NCBI GenBank assembly: GCA_965200315.1
Contig: OZ241362.1
Location: forward strand, 5,024,001-5,088,000
Direction of reading: 5' to 3'
DNA: 64,000 bases
From: Candidatus Latescibacterota bacterium
Lineage (GTDB): Bacteria; Latescibacterota; UBA2968; UBA8231
The notes beneath the pieces are model-generated. The model had not been told where the DNA came from. It made no database searches and was given only the letters and a program-made list of their open reading frames with translations. The position numbers were made by a program, and so were the translations under genes. This document shows, in pieces, positions 46,705 through 56,006 of this stretch. Every line of letters begins with the position of its first letter. Within the stretch, counting starts at the first letter, position 1.

Positions 46705-47478
46705 ATGAACACTTCCCATTCCCTGCATGTCCCCGCCGAGGCCGTGCAGTTCTACCGCGATCACGGTTATTTCGTCTATCAACAGCCGCTCTTTCCCGCT
46801 GAAAAGTTTCAGTGCCTGCAAGCCTTCTTCGCTGGCTTGTTGGCCGATTTGCCTGCGGGCAAGCGGCCAGAGGCCATGGATGTGCCACACTTTGCCCACC
46901 CAGTGCTTTTCGAGTGGCTGCTCGCCGACGAGGTGCTCGATTTTGTCGAGGCGTTTATCGGCCCGGACCTTGTCTTGTGGTCGAGCCACTTTATCAGCAA
47001 GCCGCCCGGCGACGGCAAGCGCGTGCCTTGGCACGAAGACTCGGCGTATTGGAATGAGCGGCTCAGCGAGCACGAGGTGTTGACCGTGTGGCTGGCCATC
47101 GACGACTCGACGCGAGAAAACGGCTGTATGCGGGTGATCGCTGATTCGCACCGACACGGCTTTTCCGACTACGTGGAGGTCGATCACAACACCCACGTCT
47201 TCGGGCGCGAAATTGTGGCCGAGCAAGTTGATACGTCGCGGATTGTCGATCTGGAACTCCGCGAGGGCCAGTGCCACATCCACCACGCCAAAATTATCCA
47301 CGGCTCCAACCCCAACACCAGTGCCAAGCGGCGCTGCGGCTACACCATGCGCTACATGCCAGCGACGGTGAAGGTGCGGTCCACACAGTCCCATGCGGTG
47401 TATTTGGCGCGGGGCCGAGATCGGGCCGGCAACGAGTACGCAGATCCGTCGACGCCGTTTGCATCGGGCATTCGCTAG
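46705..47478 (+). CDS. Phytanoyl-CoA dioxygenase (PhyH) family Fe(II)/2OG oxygenase
   Basis: PWHED (HxD), TVWLAIDD...ENGCM, IHGS.PN.S..RR. Confidence 0.9.
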   Translation: MNTSHSLHVPAEAVQFYRDHGYFVYQQPLFPAEKFQCLQAFFAGLLADLPAGKRPEAMDVPHFAHPVLFEWLLADEVLDFVEAFIGPDLVLWSSHFISKPPGDGKRVPWHEDSAYWNERLSEHEVLTVWLAIDDSTRENGCMRVIADSHRHGFSDYVEVDHNTHVFGREIVAEQVDTSRIVDLELREGQCHIHHAKIIHGSNPNTSAKRRCGYTMRYMPATVKVRSTQSHAVYLARGRDRAGNEYADPSTPFASGIR

Positions 47479-47544
47479 CGGGTAGTAATTGACGCGGATG
47501 TACAAATACATTCACGTTGTTTTCTCAACAACAAGAGGTGCGCT

Positions 47545-48294
47545 ATGGACCTATTTCACGAGACCGAGTTAGGTAAAATCTACTTAGGGGACGCGCTCGA
47601 TTTGATGAGTGAGTTTGAGGATAAAAGTGTCAATCTGATTATGACGTCACCGCCATTTGGATTGGTTCGCAAAAAGGACTACGGCAATGTCGATGCGGAT
47701 CAATACCTCGATTGGTTTCGGCCATTTGCCAAAGAATTTATACGCATCCTCAAGGACAATGGTTCTCTGGTCATTGATATTGGTGGTGCTTGGATTCCGG
47801 GGCAGCCAACTCGCTCGCTTTATCACTATGAGCTTTTGATTATGCTTTGCCGGGAATTCGATTTTCATCTCGCCCAAGAATTCTTCTGGTGGAATCCCTC
47901 AAAGTTGCCTACGCCGGCCGAGTGGGTGAACATACGGCGAGTTCGAGTTAAAGATGCGGTCAATTGCGTCTGGTGGCTTTCGCCGACTCCTTGGCCCAAA
48001 GCTAGCAATCGCCGGGTTTTGGTTCCGTATAGCAATTCGATGAAAGGGTTGCTCAAGAATGGATATAGAGCCAAGCTAAGGCCCAGTGGGCACGATATTA
48101 GTGAAAAATTTAACGTTGACAATGGTGCTTCTATTCCACCCAATCTCATCGCCATTCCCAATACAGAGAGCAATTCCAATTATTTGCGACTTTGCAAGGA
48201 GCACGATGTAAAACCGCATCCCGCTCGCTTTCCTGCTGAATTGCCCGAGTACTTCATTAGGATGCTAACCATCGCGCTTATGACAACAGCTTGA
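47545..48294 (+). pseudogene. Beta-class N4/N6 DNA methyltransferase (M.PvuII-like), truncated before the SAM-binding motif
   Basis: TSPPF and HPARFP..LPEYFIRMLT are present, but the ORF ends without the expected VLDPFxGS motif. Confidence 0.78.
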
Positions 48295-48497
48295 TTTATC
48301 TCGATACAAAATACTACATGCGGCTCAATAGTCAGAAAGTAGATGAATTAAAAAGCCAGCGGCTCAACGCCGGCCTTGACGATCTGCGTTGTTACTTGGA
48401 TGCTCGGATACACTTGCCGGTAGATAAAGATCAGTGGCCCGACCTGGGACTTATTGAGAGAGCCAATAAGCTGTGGCGAATACAGGGCTACTACTGA
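48270..48497 (+). pseudogene. C-terminal fragment of an HNH endonuclease
   Basis: In-frame HRAYDNSLIYLD...IHLP.....WP resembles the HNH_2 H.AFD.GLI signature and tail. Confidence 0.55.
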
Positions 48498-48544
48498 GTG
48501 GCGAGGTTCGGAGTGCAACTTTGCTGACAATGGAGGAGCAAACC

Positions 48545-49825
48545 ATGAAAAAATACACACTGGTCTCACTGCTGCTTTTGGCCGCTTTGTGCGCTGGTGC
48601 TGAAGAGTACTGGCCCCAGTGGCGCGGCCCCAACCACAACGGCGTCAGCAAAGCTGTGGGCCTGCCGACGACTTGGAGCACGAGCGAGAATGTGGTCTGG
48701 AGTAGGAAACTGCCTTCTTGGAGCGGGAGCACACCGGTGGTGTGGGGCGAGCGGATCTTTTTGACGTCGCCCAATTCGGGCGAGGAGATCCAAGGCGGCG
48801 AAAAGCTGCTTTTGGGCTGCTTGTCAACGGCCGATGGCCGCGTGTTGTGGCAGCGCACACTCGACGAGGGCAATGCCTATTGGCGCAAGCACAACAACAC
48901 CTCGCCTTCGCCAGTCACGGACGGCGAGCGCGTACTGGCCGTTACGGGTACAGGGATGATCCGGGCCTTTGACATGGAGGGTGAGGAACTATGGCACTAC
49001 GACTTGCAGGCCAAGCACGGCTCCTTCGGCCTGATGTGGGGCTACGCCTCTTCGCCTTTGCTCTACGACGGCAAGCTCTTCGTCGAGGTTCTGCACGGAA
49101 TGAACACGGACGATCCTTCCTACCTGATTGCCTTTGATGCGGCTACTGGCGGGGTTGAATGGCGGCGGGAGCGGCCAACAGACGCGCCGGGCGAGTCGCC
49201 GGACGCCTATACTACGCCCGTAGTCCTCGAACACAACGGCCAGACGCAAATTGTCGTCTCCGGCGGCGACTATCTCACCGGGCACGATCCAGCTACCGGC
49301 GCAGAGGTGTGGCGGGCGGGTGGCTTGAATCCGGGCAAGGAGCGGAATTACCGGGTGGTCGGGTCGCCGGTCGCGGTTGCCGGAATGGTGTACGCGACGA
49401 GTCGCCGCAATCCAGTGCTAGCGTTTCGCGCCGGTGGCACGGGGGACATTAGCGCAAGCCACTTGGCGTGGAAGTGGACGGGGGCCGGCGGTCCAGACGT
49501 GCCTTCGGCTGCTAGCGATGGCCGCTATTTCTACATGGTTGATGACCGCGGGCGGGCCACCTGCCTCGATGCCCAAACGGGTGCGGTGCTGTGGGGGCCG
49601 GAGCGCACGGCCCAAGGGTCGGTTAGTGCCTCGCCGGTTTTGGCCGACGGCAAGCTCTACGTGGTCAACGAAAACGCAGTGACGACCGTGATGCAGGCCG
49701 GACCAGAGTACCAGGTGCTGGCGACTAACGAACTCGCCGGGGGCTATACGCTGTCGTCGCTGGCCATCGCCGGGGGGCGGATTTTCCTGCGGACGGAGTC
49801 GCACCTGTACTGCATCGGCCCGTAG
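48545..49825 (+). CDS. PQQ-binding-like beta-propeller (BamB-like) secreted protein
   Basis: Signal peptide, WPQWRGP..NG, repeated S(S/T)PV / D..TG..VW blades. Confidence 0.88.
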   Translation: MKKYTLVSLLLLAALCAGAEEYWPQWRGPNHNGVSKAVGLPTTWSTSENVVWSRKLPSWSGSTPVVWGERIFLTSPNSGEEIQGGEKLLLGCLSTADGRVLWQRTLDEGNAYWRKHNNTSPSPVTDGERVLAVTGTGMIRAFDMEGEELWHYDLQAKHGSFGLMWGYASSPLLYDGKLFVEVLHGMNTDDPSYLIAFDAATGGVEWRRERPTDAPGESPDAYTTPVVLEHNGQTQIVVSGGDYLTGHDPATGAEVWRAGGLNPGKERNYRVVGSPVAVAGMVYATSRRNPVLAFRAGGTGDISASHLAWKWTGAGGPDVPSAASDGRYFYMVDDRGRATCLDAQTGAVLWGPERTAQGSVSASPVLADGKLYVVNENAVTTVMQAGPEYQVLATNELAGGYTLSSLAIAGGRIFLRTESHLYCIGP

Positions 49826-49831
49826 CGCCGC

Positions 49832-52800
49832 TCACTCGGCCTTGAGGGCCGCGAGCAGGGGGCGGCGCAGGGCCCAGTGCGCCGCGACCCCACACGCCAA
49901 CAGGCCAGCAGCGAAGACCAAGCCGAGCGAGATGCCCAGCGAGGCCCAAGGCAAGGGGGCGGGGTCGAAGAGGCGGGGGGCCACAGCGATGAGGGCGGCG
50001 GCGCTGCCTATCCCTGCGCCCGCTAGCAGGAGGAATCCGTGCTCGTAGAGCAGCATGGCCCCGAGGCGGGCGCGGCCGAAGCCACAGGCACTCAAGGCCG
50101 CCAACTCGCCACTGCGCTCGAGGACGTTGCGCAGGATGAGAACTCCCAATCCCAAAGTTCCCAAGAGCAGCCCGAGCAAGCCCAGCGTCTGAAAGGTCGT
50201 TAGGTACGTGTTTTCGACGGCGCGGTAGCCGCGAAGGTGCTCGGCGCTCAAGGTGGCGTCGAGGCCGTAGGCTGCTAGCTCCCTTTCGAGCGCGGCCGCG
50301 ACAGCGGCTGGTTGCTCCGTTTCGACCAAGAAGTAGCCATAGCCTTCGCGTGCGGGGAAATGCGCGGCGAAGCGATCCTCGGCAATGAGCAACTCGCTCT
50401 GGAACAGGCTGCCGTCCAACAGCCCGACCAACCGCACGGCCAAGCCCTCGGCAATCGGGATGTCGTCGCCCAGACGCTTGTGCAAAATCCACTGCGCCGA
50501 ATTAAAATCGCCGATGGCTGGGATGACGCCCGGCCCCAAATCTCGCTGGAGCAATCGCCAGGGATTGGTGCGCTCGGCCGGCGTTAGGGGGAGGGTCTGC
50601 CGGAAAGGCAAACGACCGAGTTGGACGAACTCGGCCGGTGCGCCGAGGATGCGCGGGGTCTGGGGTATGTAGAGGTTGCGGCAGCTCACATCGTCGCCGG
50701 GCAAGACGCGGAAGGGGAAAAAGTGCGCGTCATCCAAGTCTGTTGCTAGTCCCAATTCAAAGCGGCCGTCCGCGCTGTTGAGGTCTTGGAGCAGGGGAAT
50801 TTCTGCCTCGGCGACGAGTGAGAAGCCGCCCGGCCCCGGATCGTCTGACCACTCGACCTGTCGGTGAGCTCCAGCGGCGACGATGACGAAGGTAGCGCAG
50901 GCGACGAGAGAGGTGCAGAGGGTGCTGCGGCTTGGTTTACGGCTGCTGTTGAGGAGGCCCAAGCCAAGGCTGGAACTGAGGCGGCTCACTGTCGGAGTGC
51001 GCAGCCATACTGCGAATAGGGCCAACAGCGCCAACAGGGCCGCTGCGCCGCTGCCTAAAAAAAGCGCGGCCGCCGTTGCTGCGTCGGCCATACCGGCGAG
51101 GATGCTTAAGGTGAGAGCTATAACCAGACCAAATGCGGCGAGGACGGAACTGCGACGGCGTGGGAGCTGCGGTGCGGTGTCGAGGGCACCGGCGAGCAAG
51201 GCGCGGACGGGCAGCCGATGGAAGCGCTGCACAGTGCGCCACAGTGCCAGCGAAACCAGCAGCAGGGTGGATAGATAGCCCACCCCTAGGCTCAACGAGC
51301 TAACGTGGAGGTGGAGGAAGGGGGTGCCGATAGCGTCCAACCACAAGGTGTGCAAGCCGACTAGCATCAGATAGGCGTAGAGCGGGGCACCGGCTAGGCC
51401 GAGTAGTGAGCCGAGCCCGGCTAGGGCAATGCCCTCGCCCAAGAAACGCCGGCCCACGGCGGTGAGCGGGTAGCCGGTGGCGAGCAGCAGCCCCGCTTCA
51501 CGCGCACGTTGTTCGAGGCCGAACTTGCACAGCAGAACCACCAGTAATGCAGCCGCGGCGATGAGGAAGAGGCTGAAGCCGATAAAGAGGCCACCGAAGT
51601 CCGTGGCTCCGGTTGATGCTAACAGAGCTTCTTGACGGACGGGGCGCAAGGAGAAGCCCGCCGCCGTCGGAGACAGGTGCGCTAGTAGGTCTTGATGCAG
51701 ACTCTCGTACTGGGCGGACGAGGACGGATAGAAGCGGATGGCGGTTAGGGCTCCGTGGCGGCTGCGCCAGAGGTGCTGACCGGTATGGGCTGCGACGAAG
51801 GCTTTGGGCGCGGCCCCATACTGATCCCAGTAGGCTTCGTCCCGCGGGCGAATTTGACCCAAGTCGATGGGGAAGGGCGCATCCCAAGCAGCCATATCGC
51901 CTTCTGCCTGCAACCCCGGATATTCGGGCGTCAGGGTCGGGTCAATGGCCAAGCCGCGCATCTGCACGATCCCTTGGAGGCGGAAGTGGGCCTGCTCGGT
52001 CCGTAATTCATGGCGCGGGCCGACGACGTAATAGGTCAGGGAGATAGAGTCACCGGGCGCGGCGGTTAGGTCTTGGGCCGTCCAAGCGTCGAGGTAGAGG
52101 GCGTCGGCGGCGAGGGGCGGTGCGGGCCGTCCGTCTGCGAGGTAGAGGCCGGTGGGATCGTCGAGGGCGGTAACGGTTGAATAGGGAACTTGGCGATCGT
52201 TGGCCAGAATGGCGTTGGCCAGATAAGTAGAGAAGGTCGCGGTTTTGAGCTGTAGGGCCGCGGCACTGGTCAAGGCGGCGCGGGTCGAGTCGTCGAGGAC
52301 GAAGCGGGTGCTGGTCAGCTCGATGTAGTTGGAGTGCAGCGCGAGGTCCAGCTTATAGTCGGCAAGGGTTAGGTGCTGGGCGAGAGCGTGTTGCAGGTCT
52401 TGGTGTTGACTGTTGGGCGCGGCGATGAGCAGGGTGTTGACGCGGTCCTGCTGGTCGAGGGTGCGCTGGAGGTCTTGGAGGTTGAGGTAGGCGTTGAGCG
52501 GCAGATGCTGGTGAGGTCGCAGGCCAAAGCGCCCCACCCCGCTGTCGGGCAAGACGCCGGTGAGCACCACGCGCAGGGTAGTGACGATATCGATAGTGGC
52601 GCGGCGGCCAAAGAGGGATTCTCGGTAGGTTGGGCTGGGACTCTCTAGGGAGAGCAGGACTGCGTCGCCTAGTTCAAGGCCGAGGGCGCGTTGCAGCGAG
52701 GCACTGACGGCGAGTGGGGGAAACGGCTGGCCGGGCGTTGGCTTGAGGGCGTCGCGCAAGGCTTCGCCGCTGTCGGGAAAGAGCGCGGTGAAGCGGGAGT

Positions 52801-53089
52801 CGATGCCTTGGATTTGTACGCCAGCGGCGAGCGCTTGGGTTGTGGCGTGCCGGGCGCTGCCGTTGAGGAGGATAGCCGGCGCGTGGCCTCCAAGCAGTTC
52901 GCTGCGGAAGAAGTGCGCGGCCACTAGCGAGTAGTCGATGCGACCTAGGCGCTCCAAAGCCAAGTCGCGCAGGCTGCCGCGCATGGAGTCGCCAACTAGG
53001 AGAGCGCCGGTCAGGGCGGTTGTGGCGACAGCAGTGCCCAGCAGCAGCCCTAGGTGAACCCGCCAGTAGTAGATCAGGCTTCGACGCAC
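49832..53089 (-). CDS. FtsX/MacB-like ABC transporter permease (duplicated)
   Basis: 1085 aa; RSL.YYWR, GDS.RGSL..LALERLG, EQR.RE.GLL.A.G, ER..ELA.L...GF. Confidence 0.87.
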   Translation of the reverse strand: MRRSLIYYWRVHLGLLLGTAVATTALTGALLVGDSMRGSLRDLALERLGRIDYSLVAAHFFRSELLGGHAPAILLNGSARHATTQALAAGVQIQGIDSRFTALFPDSGEALRDALKPTPGQPFPPLAVSASLQRALGLELGDAVLLSLESPSPTYRESLFGRRATIDIVTTLRVVLTGVLPDSGVGRFGLRPHQHLPLNAYLNLQDLQRTLDQQDRVNTLLIAAPNSQHQDLQHALAQHLTLADYKLDLALHSNYIELTSTRFVLDDSTRAALTSAAALQLKTATFSTYLANAILANDRQVPYSTVTALDDPTGLYLADGRPAPPLAADALYLDAWTAQDLTAAPGDSISLTYYVVGPRHELRTEQAHFRLQGIVQMRGLAIDPTLTPEYPGLQAEGDMAAWDAPFPIDLGQIRPRDEAYWDQYGAAPKAFVAAHTGQHLWRSRHGALTAIRFYPSSSAQYESLHQDLLAHLSPTAAGFSLRPVRQEALLASTGATDFGGLFIGFSLFLIAAAALLVVLLCKFGLEQRAREAGLLLATGYPLTAVGRRFLGEGIALAGLGSLLGLAGAPLYAYLMLVGLHTLWLDAIGTPFLHLHVSSLSLGVGYLSTLLLVSLALWRTVQRFHRLPVRALLAGALDTAPQLPRRRSSVLAAFGLVIALTLSILAGMADAATAAALFLGSGAAALLALLALFAVWLRTPTVSRLSSSLGLGLLNSSRKPSRSTLCTSLVACATFVIVAAGAHRQVEWSDDPGPGGFSLVAEAEIPLLQDLNSADGRFELGLATDLDDAHFFPFRVLPGDDVSCRNLYIPQTPRILGAPAEFVQLGRLPFRQTLPLTPAERTNPWRLLQRDLGPGVIPAIGDFNSAQWILHKRLGDDIPIAEGLAVRLVGLLDGSLFQSELLIAEDRFAAHFPAREGYGYFLVETEQPAAVAAALERELAAYGLDATLSAEHLRGYRAVENTYLTTFQTLGLLGLLLGTLGLGVLILRNVLERSGELAALSACGFGRARLGAMLLYEHGFLLLAGAGIGSAAALIAVAPRLFDPAPLPWASLGISLGLVFAAGLLACGVAAHWALRRPLLAALKAE

Positions 53090-53751
53090 GTCCCCTCGTG
53101 TAGCTGTAGGCGGCGGTCGCAGCGCGCCGCTAGCTCAAGGTCGTGGGTTGCAATGACGAGGGCGGCTTGCTCGGCGCGATGGAGCGCGAAGAGCAAGCCG
53201 GCGACGGTGGTGGCCGTCTGGCGGTCGAGGCTGCCGGTCGGCTCGTCGCAGAGCAAGAGACCGGGCTGGTTGATCAAGGCACGCGCCACAGCCACACGCT
53301 GGCACTCGCCGCCGGATAGCTCGGCGGGGCGGTGGTGTAGGCGCTCTGCTAGGCCGACGGCGGTCAAGAGGTCGCGGGCGCGTTCGCGTCGGTCGGGTTG
53401 GGGAAAGGCGAGGGTGGGGATTAGGGCGTTTTCGAGGGCCGAGTACTGAGGCAGCAGGTGGTGATTTTGGAAGACGAAGCCGATGTGCTGGTTGCGGAAG
53501 CGGGCGAGTTGCGGTTCGGGGAGGGCTAGTGGATTCTGGCCGCTGATGGCGATTTGGCCCGAGCTCGGCGGTTCGAGGGTGCCGAGCAGGTGCAGTAAGG
53601 TGCTCTTGCCCGAGCCGGACGGACCGATAAGCGCCAAGGACTGGCCCACTTCGACGCACAGTGAGACGCCGCGCAGCACGGCGACGGTCTGGTCGCCGAG
53701 GGCGAAGTGTTTGCAGACGGCGGCTGCGGAGAGGGCCGGGGCTGCGTTCAT
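53074..53751 (-). CDS. LolD-like ABC transporter ATP-binding protein
   Basis: GPSGSGKST, GFVFQ.HHLL, LSGGE.QR, LCDEPTG, ATHD. Confidence 0.93.
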   Translation of the reverse strand: MNAAPALSAAAVCKHFALGDQTVAVLRGVSLCVEVGQSLALIGPSGSGKSTLLHLLGTLEPPSSGQIAISGQNPLALPEPQLARFRNQHIGFVFQNHHLLPQYSALENALIPTLAFPQPDRRERARDLLTAVGLAERLHHRPAELSGGECQRVAVARALINQPGLLLCDEPTGSLDRQTATTVAGLLFALHRAEQAALVIATHDLELAARCDRRLQLHEGTCVEA

Positions 53752-54164
53752 GGGTGTGCCGCCAGTTTGCGGGTGATAAAGTCTGGGATGGGGATGGCGC
53801 GGATAGCCTCGCCCGGGTTGCAGATGCAGCAAGCGACCTTGAGCCGCCCTTGGGCTATTTGTTTGCCGCCGCAGTGGAAGTCGAAGCAAAAGCTAAGGGA
53901 TTTCTCGCCCTGCTTTTCGAGGTGGACGTGGATGTCGAGGACGTCTTCAAAAGAGACGGGGTGGAGGTACTCGCATTCGGCGACGAGGCGGGGCCAGCTA
54001 ATGATGTCGCCGTCTCGTTGGCTGTGGACGCTCAGGCCTAGGCTGCGCCAGAAGGCGTGCTCGGCCGCTTCCATGAAGACGAAAAAGCGCGCAAAGTGGA
54101 CGATGCCCGCCTGATCGGTATCGGCCCACTCGACGCGGCGGCAGGTGTGGAATTCGCCGGACAC
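53748..54164 (-). CDS. 4-HBA-CoA / YbgC-type acyl-CoA thioesterase
   Basis: RRVEWADTD.AGIVHF..FF..ME.AE hot-dog-fold motif. Confidence 0.88.
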   Translation of the reverse strand: MSGEFHTCRRVEWADTDQAGIVHFARFFVFMEAAEHAFWRSLGLSVHSQRDGDIISWPRLVAECEYLHPVSFEDVLDIHVHLEKQGEKSLSFCFDFHCGGKQIAQGRLKVACCICNPGEAIRAIPIPDFITRKLAAHP

Positions 54165-54165
54165 G

Positions 54166-54636
54166 TCAGGTGCCGGGGCGGAAGAATGTGACTAGGCAGC
54201 CGCCCATAGCAGCCAAGACGATGCCGAGGACAAAGGGCCAGCGCACGGCGGCCCAGCCGCCCGCGGGTGGATGCACGAGCACGGCGACGACCGCGTTGAC
54301 GATGGGAGCACCGGCAAAGACGATGGACATGACCACGGCCGGCGTCCCCTTGGCCCCGAAGGCGAGGAGGACGCCCAACGCGCCGATGGCCCCGGCGATG
54401 CCAGCGGCCGTGGACCAGAACATGCCCTTGGCCGGGTAGAGCCAGCTCGCGCCATTGTAGGCTAGGACGATCAGCGAGCCAAAGACGGCGGTGAGTAGAT
54501 AGGCCAAGCCGACGAAGAGAAAGGCTTTGTAGCGGCCATTTACCGGGTCGGCCATGGCGATCTGGCCGGTGTGCAGCAAGACTCCGTAGAGGCCCCAGCT
54601 AGCCACGGTGAGGAGGGCGAAGACGAGCCAAGTCAT
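54166..54636 (-). CDS. Small DMT/EamA-like membrane protein
   Basis: About five TM helices; SWGLYG, GA.GALG, VMSIVFAGAPIVNA. Confidence 0.65.
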   Translation of the reverse strand: MTWLVFALLTVASWGLYGVLLHTGQIAMADPVNGRYKAFLFVGLAYLLTAVFGSLIVLAYNGASWLYPAKGMFWSTAAGIAGAIGALGVLLAFGAKGTPAVVMSIVFAGAPIVNAVVAVLVHPPAGGWAAVRWPFVLGIVLAAMGGCLVTFFRPGT

Positions 54637-54654
54637 GGAGATAATCCTTTCGCT

Positions 54655-54810
54655 GAGACGAGAAGAGAGAAGGTAGAGCCGTGAGAAAAGAGAGGGGCTG
54701 CAAACGTGCGTTGGTGCGTCTCTCGCCTCAAAGTCGTGATTGCTCTCAAGCACCTCTGCACTTGCAAACGTGCGGTTGGGCAGGGGGCTTTCACTCCTCA
54801 CTCCTCTTCA
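54655..54810. repeat. Intergenic element with complementary purine/pyrimidine arms and an internal direct repeat
   Basis: GA-rich tract (~54655-54697), CT-rich tract (~54788-54810), and tgcaaacgtgcg(g)ttgg at 54699 and 54763. Confidence 0.45.
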
Positions 54811-54868
54811 GACCAACCAAGTGCGTACCATCAGTAATGTCGGCAGAGGACTTGTCGCTGTCGAGAGA

Positions 54869-55888
54869 TCAATCGATCGCGATGAGGTTCTCAAAATGTA
54901 CCCCACAATCGCAGAGCGCTACGGGAATGTTGAATCGCTTCTCCAGTTCGTCGATGAGGTGTCGGACTGGTGAGGTCAACGCGCTGCGGTGGCGTGCGCC
55001 GGCGACCTCGGGGTCGAGGTGATCGCAGAAGGTCAGGGCCAATTGGGTGGGACCGTTGAGTAGGACGGCTGTTTCCAAATGGCCCCAAGAGATACCCGCG
55101 GCTTTGCGCCTCCGTCGCCCGGTCGTCACGCCGTATTCGGCGATGCCGCGGCGGTCTTCCTCGGCCGGTGCCAGTTGTAGCGGTAGGGGCCCCGTGCCGA
55201 CGCGGCTAGGCAGTGCTTTGACCACCAAGCAGACTTCTTCGATATGACGCCAGTTGAGTCCGACGTCATCGGCAAAGGCGGTGGTGGTACAGTTGTCTGA
55301 GGTGCAGTCGGGGTAGTCATCGCTCAGGGCTAGCGACAGGTGAGTGCCTTGGCTGCCCTCGACGACGATGGTTTCGCCGCGCAGGCAGCTCTCGTTGAGC
55401 TCGCGGGCCACGTCGGCGGTGTAATCGGCGAGGCGAGGCTCGTCGCGGGCTTGGCGGGCTTGGCGCAAGGCGAATTCGGCGCGGGCCACGCCGCTGCCGC
55501 TGCCGGTGGTGCCGTGTTCCTGCAGAAAGCTGTCGTCCGCTTCGCGTTGGCGGTACTCGGGCAGGATCAGCGGGCAGCGGTAATCGACGCGGGTCCGCTC
55601 GCGCAGCCCATAGCTTGGGTCTAGCTGGTCGAGTTCGGCGCAGAACAGCTCGGGATCGACGGCGACGCCGCTGCCGATGCGCAGTTGCGAGTCGGGATGG
55701 AGAAAGCCGCAGGGTAGCTGCCGAGTGCGGATTGCGCGGCCGTCGGCAAAGAGGATGCTGTGCCCGGCGTTGGTGCCGATCCCAGCGCGGACGCTGTAGG
55801 CGGCTTGGTGTTTTTGTGCGAGGAAGGCGGCGACCTTGCCTTTACCCGAATCGCCCCAGAAGGCGTCGACGACGATGATGGCGCTCAT
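54869..55888 (-). CDS. purA: Short (archaeal-type length) adenylosuccinate synthetase
   Basis: WGDSGKGK, NAGH, GTTGSG, EGSQG, RVG.GP, EYGVTTGRRRR, LALT..D; 339 aa. Confidence 0.8.
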   Translation of the reverse strand: MSAIIVVDAFWGDSGKGKVAAFLAQKHQAAYSVRAGIGTNAGHSILFADGRAIRTRQLPCGFLHPDSQLRIGSGVAVDPELFCAELDQLDPSYGLRERTRVDYRCPLILPEYRQREADDSFLQEHGTTGSGSGVARAEFALRQARQARDEPRLADYTADVARELNESCLRGETIVVEGSQGTHLSLALSDDYPDCTSDNCTTTAFADDVGLNWRHIEEVCLVVKALPSRVGTGPLPLQLAPAEEDRRGIAEYGVTTGRRRRKAAGISWGHLETAVLLNGPTQLALTFCDHLDPEVAGARHRSALTSPVRHLIDELEKRFNIPVALCDCGVHFENLIAID

Positions 55889-55948
55889 AGCGCACCTCCT
55901 TTAAAGAGTGAATTGGTTGACGCTCCTGACGATAAGCGAAATTGTAGC

Positions 55949-55963
55949 ATAAGTGAAATTTAT
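55949..55963. promoter_or_regulatory. LysR-type binding box ATAA-N7-TTAT in the divergent promoter region
   Basis: ATAAGTGAAATTTAT; a related ATAAGCGAAATT starts 17 nt upstream; AT-rich spacer between purA and lysR. Confidence 0.55.
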
Positions 55964-56006
55964 ATATCTTATTTTTAGAATAATTGATATAAATGAAGGA
56001 TTCCGA

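Noticed and set aside
54869-55888. PurZ (2-aminoadenine pathway)
   Set aside because: The catalytic Asp of the GDxGKG loop is retained (PurZ has Ser), and there is no phage context or dATPase/MazZ neighbour.
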